A DNA stretch of 64,000 bases from Pavona decussata. Lineage: Eukaryota. This document shows positions 54,301-64,000 of this stretch, piece after piece (the stretch's first letter is position 1; the number at the start of each line of letters is the position of its first letter). Below the pieces are notes generated by a model. That model was not told the origin of the DNA, did no database searches, and was given only the letters and a program-made list of their open reading frames with translations. A program made the translations under genes and the position numbers. The stretch covers positions 1,426,001 to 1,490,000 of the forward strand of contig CDRNST010000273.1 in assembly GCA_977016875.1 (NCBI GenBank). Reading direction: 5' to 3'.

Positions 54301-57300
54301 ACTATTTTGGTTTTTAACCTAAATCTTGCCGGTGTTTTCAGCATGGTAATTCCTTTCTACGTTTAAACGACGGCTTCTGTCAGCGTTTTATAACATCGGA
54401 AGAAGTTTTCAATCTTGCTAAAGTTGTTATGTTGGCTTCATTCAAGTAAATTATAGAAATGCGTCAAGCGTTGCGATACTCGGTAGCCCCCAACAAATTT
54501 TCAGTGTTTACGTTTGTTCTGGTGAATCGATCTTATCGCTCACACTGGACCCCGAATGAAATTTATTGCCAAGTTTTAGTTTCCTATCTACCATTAGCCT
54601 TTCACCCTCGGAATTCTCTTGGATCTTTAAAGTTAATTGAACGTTTACATTTTGTGCCTGGAGATAAAACTGCGTGAAGTGTTGTGTTCGGCTGTATGTA
54701 AATTCAGTGTTATGTTTGACCCCGAAGGGAGATTTATCGCACTGTGGAATTTCCTATTTTTTCACTCACGTCATTTCCTCGGATTTTTAGGGTAAGCTCC
54801 TTTAAAGGTTTTTATGTTTGCGTTTGATGTTTGCTGAAACGAGCAATCGAAGTCGCCTATCGAAGTCGAACTTTTGGAAAAATATCCCTCCTGAACGGGA
54901 AGGTCCCCCTTAGTTTCAGTGAATGGAAGGAGTTAGCAGACAACCCAACTTCCAGCCGTTCTCTTTTAAGAATAAGTTATTCGTTGCGTTGATTTTACGT
55001 CCTTGGTTTTGTCCCGAAAGGAGACTGATGGTAAAGTTTACGACAGATCGAGCGAGTGACAATTTCCCCACATTACGATAACTCGTTCATTGCGTATGCG
55101 CGCATTCACGAGTTAACAATGCACGTTAAGTCCGCGCTTCGCTTTAATCGTTCAAGAGCTTGCACAATCATCATTTAAAAATCTTTTTCTTCCACAGTCG
55201 AGTTATCTTTGGACTATTTTATTTAATTTCGAACTCCAAAAACGTGTATTTTAACTGAAGGAGGAGAGAGATAGCTGAGCGAGCAATCCATATTTCAGGC
55301 AAAAAGTTTACGACACATCGAGCGAGTGATATTCCGCCAACATTACGATACTGACTCTTTCATTGCGCCGTTCATCATTTCAAAATCCTCAAACTCCTTT
55401 TTTTCAGCGGTCGAGTGATCTTTGGACTATTTTATTTCATTCCGAACTCCAAACTGAAAACGTGTATTTTAACTGAAGGAGGAGAGAGAGAGAACCGTGA
55501 GAGCAATCCGTATTTGCCAAAAGTTTACGACACATCGAGCGAGTGACATTCCCACAACATTACGATAACTCGTTGATTGCGCATGTGCGCATTCACGACA
55601 ATAACAGAAACAGCTTTTGCACAATTAATCTACTTGTTATAAAGAAAGAATGCGAAATAACAGTAAATGTAAAGAAATCTCGAGGTGGCAATCGCAGTTT
55701 TTTAATCTTATGAAGACCAAGCTGGCATTTTCTGGTCAACATTTCAAAAGACATCAGTGCATTAAAAGTTCAAACTGGAGAAAATATTTCTGTCAGCTCA
55801 TACGTGGATGTATGAACTTAAGCGGCTTAATTTTCGATTATAAAATTCAAACGATAAGCTTAATTTAAAACTGAATTGTTAATTTCAGATTTTTAATTCT
55901 TTAAGATTGCCCTCCATTCCTAGGAGTTGCTGATGTTTTTTAGACCGTCAGAACGAAAACGCGACAAAAAAAAAACAACAAAACAAAACAAAAAAATTAT
56001 TCCAAAAAGAATTAGTGTGTCTTGTCAATGTCAAAGACGTAGAGAAGATAGTACAAACAAGACAAAATCTACTTTACTGATAGAAAAGTACCTCCACACT
56101 GCTTTGAGCTACTGGATCCTTCATCGGCGGTCGTTGTACCAAGGCCACATTTGAGGCAGAGACGCTGTCCTTCCATCTCTTGAAAGAAACCTTTCTCACA
56201 AGGTATACAAGGCGCCAAGCCGGTAGGTGAGTACGAACCAAGTTTACACGTAGCTTTAAAAGTTACAACAATAAAAGCATCAAAGAAGTTGTCTTGGCTG
56301 AAGGGCCAGTGATGCATTAATATGAACATTCTCTTTAAAAGCTATGGGAAATGGGGCATTTCTGTCAAACGCATTTTTGTTTCAACAACAAGACATTTAG
56401 TGAAAATACGACCTTAGTTAAATTTATGATAAATTGAGATATATTCTTTAATGACTTGTTTGTGCTGAACCAATGTCAAACCAGAACAAGACATAGTTAT
56501 TGGATAGCTAAGGTAGCGTTCGAGTGACCGTATTCCGCAATAATAATAAGCGGAATAGCTGTTAGATTTCTCTTTTAAGTAAATTTGGAAGCCATTTCTG
56601 CAAAAGTTCGCTGACACATGATAATTTAAGAGCGATCTTGCGCTCCAAAAACTCCAAAAACCTCTTATGAGGGATTTCTTGTCATTATTTACTTGTATTC
56701 CTATTCTGGAATAAAGTCTATCAAACGCACCCTAATATTAAATAAACAGTAAAGTTCACACTTAAATTTTATCCGAGTGAGATTGTTTTAAACTGAATAC
56801 TATAAGAAACATGACGATGTTCATTGGTAGGCAGACTCTATCCAATGATAGACACATCCCGATAGAACTCGTCACAAACAACTATTAAAACAAAACTTTA
56901 TTAATCAATCATTCGACGTATTTTTGACAAGCTGGTTGCTTTCACTGTGATAAATACAAAGTTTCAAACTTATTTCCAATTTTTCGAGCTGTCCCTAACA
57001 GTTCTAATTTCAGTTGGGAAGAAAATTTAAAATCAGGACGCTCCTCTCTCGAGACTATCGGTCCGATGGTTTCTCTTACGAATTGTGCCCTCTTTAAAAT
57101 AGGTTATAAGCAAATAGTTGATCTAAGAACACCAACTTTCCTAACGTTAGCTAATAGTTCTTCGACATGCTATTGTTTCAGGTTAATTCTGATTGTACCT
57201 GACAAAATGCACAAGTAGCTTTCACGTAGACTTTTTCAAGGTCCTTTGCTTCTCATTTCCCTCTCCTGAAGTTCGACTTATATGGATCAGTCATTAAAAA

Positions 57301-60300
57301 GATAGTTCAGACGGTGTTTAACAAAACCACGTTCTAAGCCGTTTTCATTTTTGCCACCAATCATATTTGAACATTGGCAACTGCTGACGAAGGCTTGCAC
57401 CCCAGACTATAAAACTATTTATCAACTTAAAATAAAACACTTATAAACATATTTGGGGGCCCACTGATTGTCTTAAGCCACGGTCTAAGTTAAACTTTGT
57501 TTAAATAATTGGCACATAGACATTAGGTCTAGTTGTTACTTACCTAAACAATCAGAGAGGTTGAACGATCTGGTCTCTTCAGTAGACGTTTTTGGTGGAC
57601 ACAACACGCACGTTTCTTGCGACTCTTGATCTTGATACGTTCCAACTGGGCAGTCCTCACACTTGCCAAGGGTCTCATTCAGGTATGTTCCAGGTGAACA
57701 GCTTACTGTGGGCCAAAAAGGAATAGGTCGTGAAATAACCTGGTGTCTTCTTATAAAATGATTCTGGGTATTTTTGAACTAATGCAGAGTTAATCTTTAT
57801 ATAGTGGGTAATTTTCACTTAACACGTAGAAAAATAGATATATTTAGACTTGTGAAATTGCTTTCACATCGGCCCGGTTGTCTACAAATCATCAGAATTC
57901 CCTTGACAGTATACGTTTTCCACGATTAAGCTGGTAATTCTGTTTAAGGGGAAGAGGTACCCAAATTCCCCGCACTGACTTTGGGAATTCATCGCTTTTT
58001 TGGAATACCAAGCAAACACCATCAAATTGAGAAAAATGTATTTATCAGGCAGTGACACAGCCATAATTGGGAAAAAATCGAGTGCCTGCAGTAGGAGTCG
58101 AGCCAAAGGAATCTAACCTATGACTTTAATCGAAGATAGTTTTTTAATTGACTCCTGATTTTTTTTTTTTTTTTTTTTTTTTTTGCGTGCTGTGTCATGC
58201 AATGACTGATAATTACATCTCCAGGCTTTTCCGTCACTCACGGAAAACGCGTAAAATGTTAAATCTGTCTAGATTGACTGGCTTTTTTCATACTCTGGGG
58301 GCCATTGGGGGTAAGTCCTCCCCAGAGACTATTAAGGCTACGAACAATGGCGATTGGAGTATGCATAGTACGTCCAAAGATGTAAGGTGATAATCCACTG
58401 TACGGAAAAAGATGGCGGCTGTACATTTCCCACAATACCTTGCAAACCTAACACAGCCAAAAGACATAGAAAGCCATATTGTTGGCGAAATTCGTCCATG
58501 TACTAACAACATTGTGTATGCTAGGTTTGAAAATTTTAGAAGTTTTATGCGCGTCTTATGGGCATTTTTTAGGGGTTTCGTACGCTAAGAATTATGGGTA
58601 AATGTACCAGTCACCATCTTTTTCAGTACGGTGGATTGAGCCATGATGGCCAAACGGATAGGTTTAGATAGGGTTAAGCTACTGGTCCGTTTTTATGTGA
58701 ACAAAGGTCACCATTTTTGCTCAGTGGTATGTTAAGGGAAAAATTCTAAATCTCTCCTATGCGATTGAAAAAAAAAAATAAATAACACGAACAAATTAAA
58801 AAGAGCAAAAAAGCATCTACATCTACATCTACATTTATTAAGTTGATAAAATCTTGTAAGACATCACAATAACTGTAAGCAAATAGACAAAAAGACCAAA
58901 CCAAAATATTCCTTTTGTTAGGGGTCTTTTCTCTATAGTAATACTCAGAAGACCAGACGCTATTCCTTCGTCTTAATTAACCAAAGAAGCAGTATTTTAA
59001 CATTCGCTGACACAATTCTGTACTTTGAGAAGCCAGACACTCAGCCAATTAAGTTTAAATAGGATTTTTTTTAAACGTCCTTTTTATTTACATGTTATTT
59101 TTTTGTAATAGATTAATTATGTAGCGAAATTAACAGCGGCAGGAAGTGCTTACAAACTTAATTTCTTGCTTTCAGCAATCTTTGAAGCACAAAGTTTTCA
59201 ACAAATTACCAAAAAGTGTAAGAACTATATATTTAACCGGCTGCTGCCAGGAAATTGTATTATTGAGGGATGTATCTGGGATTGCTTGTCTCCCTGTAGC
59301 GAACAATAAAGTTAGCGTTCACTGGTGCAAGATTATTAAACAGAAATGTTAAAGCCGCGATAAATTGGAGTAACTTACCACAATATCCGTCTCGATAGGC
59401 TTGTCCTGTCTCACACAATCTTTCAGGCTCTGAGATGTTAAGTGACTCCTTATCAGCAGCAAACTCGGTGCCATTGACATTCAAACTAAGACTGCCTTTA
59501 TCAACTGCTTTCCTGATTGCACTGCTGATGTTGTTAGCGATCTTAACTCCCATAAGCCCTGCGGTAACTTTGTCCTCTTTTGTATCATCTGTTCCAGTGC
59601 CCTCGAGGAGTACTGCAAAGGTAAATCAAGGTCCAACCTCTTTGTTACCTCGGCCATTTCCAAAATGTAATTTATTCATTTTAACAGGAAGATGAATTTG
59701 TTAATACAAGCGTAAATTGGGTGCGTTCCTTTGGGATGATCCAGATCAGGATCAATGATCCAAGATCATTCGGATCATGGTGCATCAAAGGAACCAAGAG
59801 ATCCACCCTGGGCAAGGATTCCTCGGTTCCTTTGATGCACCATGATCCGAGTAATCTTGGATCATTGATCCTGATTTTAATCATCACGAAGGAACGCACC
59901 CACTTATCTCATACCACCGAAGCCCGTTTTACCCTAAAAAAAAGCTGTTACCCCATCTTTGAGCTATAGCACTTTAGGTTTCTATTAATCCCCAGATACG
60001 CGGTTACTACAACATAAAATTGGTTTGCGTTTTTGCCGATGTGTCAGCTACCATATTAGAACATGTTTTAACATGTTTAAAAAAACAACTAGAAAAGTAA
60101 AAAAACAAAAAAACAAACTAAAGAAAACAAAATTGCCGAGTGAAGAATGCAGAACTGGAAATCAATAAGATAATTATGTTAACTGCGGTGTGCAGAATAA
60201 ACAGAAAAGAAAATAATGATGATCTAGATCTCTTAGCATACAAGGTGGTACGCTAAAGTCCATTTGTCATGGCTACGCCCCTCTAACGGAGGAAGGTCAT

Positions 60301-63300
60301 GGAATTTACAATAAATTGTGTGGGCAATTCAAGCAGCACTTCTTTGCTTTGGGCTTTCTTTGTTTCAGCAAAGCATAACTAAAATGCTCTTTCAGGAAAG
60401 TGCTTCATTAAGCGTTTATGTTAAAAGGCTGTGTACGCGACTAAAGGAACAGTTATGGGTAACTCAACCTACCAACAATATCAAGACTTATCGTTGTTTG
60501 TGGAATGAGGGATCCTTGAGTTCCGTTGTGGACTAGGTTGGCGTCATCTGCACAAAGAAAGAGTCAGATTCAGTGAGCAAATAAATAGCGTAAAAAGTAG
60601 GCAACTTAAGCGGACGAAGTTAGTTTTAGCAAACATCCGTCTTAGCGACTTTATGTTAAGTTCATCTAGGTATGTTTCAGCATGCTGTGTCAAAAAAAAA
60701 TTGTTCAGTGAACTTCGTAATCCGCGTTTGGAAAAAAATTAGCTACCAGTTATGTTGTTTGGCGACAAATTCTGCACACGCGCATGACGTTCTTTGGTTT
60801 TTTAGCCTTACGTTACTGAAAATCGGTATTTCAATTCTTGCCTTTCGCATGAAAAATATTTTTAGTCTCAATGTTAAGTTCACGACGGTGAATCGGAAAA
60901 TCGTGGTTCACGGACAGACCAGAGTAATGTTGCCCTAGTCTTAGCGACGATTGTGCAAATTTCACTTGTATTTCAGCTGAACTATGTTTATGATTTTAAA
61001 CGATTGTGCGTTGATCATTTGTTTTAAATTTTTGTAACACTGAAGCTGCAAAGAGCCCGTAATTTCCTAACAGAAACTTAAGGTAATGTATCATTGCTAA
61101 CATACCCAGTGAGCGTTTTTTTCTGCTTTTTACAGATGGTACCAAATCACACGTGACCTTGACGTTGTCAGCTTTGCACTTGTCTTTATAAACATCATCT
61201 TGGCAGATTTCGCGATAAATAGATCCGACCAGAATTTTAACAAAATTCTGTTTGATTTCTGCCTGTGCTTTCGGTGAAGTACAATCTCCATTAAAATAAT
61301 ACAAGTCCATTGCCATTCTGGCTTTGTTGGGCTGGTATACCCCTGCAAACGTTTTTAGAAATGGAAAAAAACATTAGATATACTGACTGTATGTATATGT
61401 AACACTGACGCAGCTATCTAAGCTGAGGCCTGGTTTCGCAGGTATCGCCTTACAGCAAGAACTAACATTGTTCCCTTGAATTAAACAAGGATCTATAATT
61501 TCTAAGCTAAGAAGCTTTCAGAAGTTTATTTGAGGAGATAAATAAAAAAAATATTAATGTAAGCTGTATTGATTGGTTTTGAATCAAGATACTTAACGTG
61601 AAATATTGCCTTGTCATTGTTCTATTCGATTTTTATATATTTCCCTGAAAACTCGGAAATAAAGAATAAATATTCGTCGTGTGTTTCCCGCCTAAATTTA
61701 GTAACCACCCAGTTTCCCGCCTAATTACCAAAAGGTTTCGTTTTACCGTGGTCCCTACCATACTACTAAAGATCCTGGCAGTTAGTGCGCCACTTAGGCA
61801 GTTGCGAAATATAACAACAACAACAACAACAACAACAACAGAAAAAAAACCTCTTGCCTGCGGATTGCTAAATATACCACTCGTGTTAATGGTCTATTAT
61901 GTACAATGCTTTAACAATGCTTTTAATTACATAATTTAATTCAGCTTAAATGAACTATTCTTTTTAAATGTTCATAAGCCGATTCAATAAGGTTTTAATA
62001 AGGTCGGTTAGCTCAGAAACTGCTCGTCTAAACAAGAAAAAGAGTACAATGGAGCGTCAATTCGTCTTTCTCATTGTGTATACTGGATGTTAGCCAACAA
62101 ACATGTTTATCAATTCATTTTAATACTGTATTGATTACAATATTATTTTTGTATTTTTAGGTTTTTGATTCGTGCATTTTCTCTGTAGGTAGATTCTTTT
62201 ATATATGTCACTATTACTAAGCTTCAAAAGTGCTATATTATCGACCACCTTACTTGTACAGTCAGGCCATCGCATCGGTGGAAACCATCTTCCTGATGCT
62301 CCACAGCTCCATATCATAAAAGGAGGTAATGGTTGAGTAAAATCCCACTTGTCATTACAGAACGGACTGCACATTCGCCCCAGGGCCCAGTCGTCACAAG
62401 CCTTGGCGCCATTTTTTGGAGGAGGCAGGTCTTTGCAATCTTTGGCTGAAGAAATGTAGATTTACAACAGTCAGCGGTTAACCTTAAAGTCCAATAGCCC
62501 TTCCTAAGATCTCGTTTTCTCGTATAGTCATTAGCCGCGCAAAAAAATCTTTGTGTTATAAGATATCGTCCGTAAAGGGGCAGTGTTATCTATTTTTGGT
62601 GCGAAAAGCCCAAAACACATAATTGTTTCAATGGAATCGTTAAAATATTGGTTGAAGTTTGTTAAGAATAACTCTACTAGTGCACAGAAACTGCAATTAA
62701 CTATGTTTGGCTGCGGATGGCTAGGATGGAAGTGGATTGCAACTTGAAAAAATTGGCCAATTTTTTCAAGTTCTTCCTGTATATTTTAGAGAAGTCACTA
62801 AAAATTAATTATGGTTTGTTCTTCTCACGAGAAAAACTTAATATTTTCTTCCCGATGTTGTAAGACCAATTTCATGTTACAAAACAGGCTCTTTGTCGAA
62901 TGTTTGAGCATTTTGACCAAAATACAGCAAAATCATCGTGACAGTGGCCCTTTAAGAAACCCGAGATTTTTCGACCATTCCGAGATGTGTGCATAGAGGG
63001 TATGCACAGTTTGTATTAGAGGAAGAAACCGTCCTTGAACACAAACGACCTTGTACGGCTTTAGTAAGGTTTGGAAGAACCAAATATAAAGGAGCACTAC
63101 TACTTCATAAATTTCAAACTACTTACGTTTGAGCCTGAGTGTAAAACGACAGACAGCAGGTTTGTTATTGGGATTATTATCATAAGCAGTGCAAAACACG
63201 TTCCACGTTCCCCAGTAAAACTTTGTCCCACTTTTATGACTGCATGATTCCATCAAAGGACTGTTGCTGTTGTCTTTAAACCGCGGGCTCTTCCACCTTA

Positions 63301-63372
63301 TTACTGACTTCATCTTGGTGACGGTAATGTTTTGGTCGGGAGGACAATATACAATCTCAGGACCCAAGTTGT
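39345..63372 (-). CDS. Large SVEP1/uninflatable/fibropellin-like extracellular protein, partial (17 exons, ~1858 codons): HYR, sushi, 3x ephrin-receptor-like, 21x EGF, pentraxin/LamG, 2x EGF, sushi, ephrin-receptor-like
   Basis: GT-AG exons 63372-63127, 62445-62254, 61342-61106, 60547-60473, 59612-59379, 57705-57544, 56253-56092, 53939-53778, 53370-52942, 51495-51198, 47122-46312, 45854-44993, 44273-43647, 42825-42586, 41239-41048, 40527-40054 and 39515-39345 join in phase without stops. Ca-binding EGF consensus DIDEC..PC.NGG.C.D; pentraxin motifs GTLFSYS, WHYVGVVW, GTLHQVNFWN. Confidence 0.92.
44548..44894. mobile_element. TTAA-flanked (Kolobok-type) MITE in an intron
   Basis: ttaa-ggacggtgcctact ... 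agtaggcaccgtcc-ttaa. Confidence 0.9.
50258..51065 (+). mobile_element. Crypton-type (ZMYM/KCTD1/DUF3504-related) remnant in an intron
   Basis: ELLKHFFLEIR...EEYEPATLTAYRKGLRRYF...L*AKRKYL...KGSSPNKSDP (50392-50655, internal stop), flanked by ttttgagacgacatta repeats. Confidence 0.7.
51803..52322. mobile_element. MITE (same family as 58391-58638) containing a nested element
   Basis: caatccaccgtacagaaaaagatggcggctgtac ... gtaccagtcgccatctt. Confidence 0.8.
51951..52221. mobile_element. Nested MITE with CATAG termini and 7-bp TSD (P-superfamily-like)
   Basis: gttgaag-catagttaat ... attaactatg-gttgaag; absent from the sister copy at ~58520. Confidence 0.75.
55030..55600. repeat. Degenerate tandem repeat, about 2.3 units of 215-270 bp
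   Basis: aaagtttacgacacatcgagcgagtgac...cattacgata recurs at ~55033, ~55303 and ~55520. Confidence 0.85.
58391..58638. mobile_element. MITE
   Basis: TIRs aatccactgtacggaaaaagatgg / ccatctttttcagtacggtggatt. Confidence 0.85.
59718..59902. mobile_element. Near-perfect palindromic MITE
   Basis: tgggtgcgttcctttgggatgat ... atcatcacgaaggaacgcaccca; the two arms pair over ~80 bp. Confidence 0.9.
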
Positions 63373-63874
63373 CTGTAATGAAGTAATAAGAAATCAATAA
63401 AGGTATTCTTCAATTCATATGGTTCCACAATTAGTCCACCAGTAAATTTTAACGGCTCTCATCGGAGCAAACACGACACCTGTGCAAATTCAGTAGTGAC
63501 ATAAACCCCTTTAGGCGGCTCGTATATGGAAGGATGATGGGCGAGACTGAAAGTTTGTCCGAAATATGAGCAGTTCGCTTTAATGGCAGCGGTTGAATTT
63601 TGAGCACAATCTTTCAGCCGATGGCATCATAATCTGATATACTAGCAATCTTGAAAGCTTGAAATCTTTAAAAGCCCTGAAATTAATTTCTAAAATGCGC
63701 GCTTTACTCTGGAAAGGAAAAACTGAAATGAAAAAAAATCAGTAGTGTTTACTGTCTGAGTGTTGGTAAAATGATACAAGCTGACTGGTTCATCGATTTC
63801 ATTAAACTGTAATTAGATTATTACAAGGCCTAATAATGTAACGTTTTTTCATTGCTTTTTTTTCCTCAAAAAAA

Positions 63875-64000
63875 ATCAAATAGAGGACAGATCCTCACAG
63901 TTATTATGCAACTTAAGCAGTTAAAAGGAATACGAACCCATGACCTCTGCGAAGCCGGTGTAGTGCTCTGCCAACTGAGCTAGTCATATTGTGAGTTCGT
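63875..64000 (-). mobile_element. tRNA-related SINE-like repeat (partial)
   Basis: The reverse complement contains tagctcagttggcagagcactacaccggcttcgcagaggtcatgggttcgtattcc, homologous to 34300-34490. Confidence 0.75.

Noticed and set aside
39345-63372. Calling the EGF-rich gene Notch, or definitively SVEP1
   Set aside because: No LNR or ankyrin repeats; no long sushi array after the pentraxin domain; the vWA-bearing 5' end is not visible.

Overview
AT-rich, intron-rich eukaryotic DNA with GT-AG introns, microsatellites and two N gaps. Gene content and repeat types suggest a cnidarian, probably a stony coral (inference). Left ~27 kb: a nest of mobile elements. (1) A frame-intact 9-exon minus-strand gene (158-8129, ~1162 aa) fuses an OTU deubiquitinase domain to a GCM/WRKY-like Zn finger, a Mutator-type DDE transposase core and SWIM-like fingers, with a repeat-rich terminus at ~8578. 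(2) That element appears to sit in an intron of a plus-strand PHD-finger gene (visible exons 8766-13542). (3) The PHD gene converges on a 9-exon HMGXB3-like KDZ (Kyakuja-Dileera-Zisupton) transposase gene (16167-23780, ~858 aa when repaired). This gene keeps a D-D-E triad, lacks the HMG box, and is split by a 1339-bp TIR element. (4) The putative KDZ element ends at ~23997 against a decayed RecQ-helicase-bearing, AcademH-like element. Middle: a two-exon secreted PAN-domain gene (28878-31023) and many MITEs, SINE, LINE and Penelope fragments. Right ~24 kb: 17 in-frame minus-strand exons (39345-63372) of a large SVEP1/uninflatable/fibropellin-like extracellular protein, whose 5' end lies beyond the window. 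All splice models were built by hand and checked for reading-frame phase only. Family assignments come from recalled motifs, not database searches.
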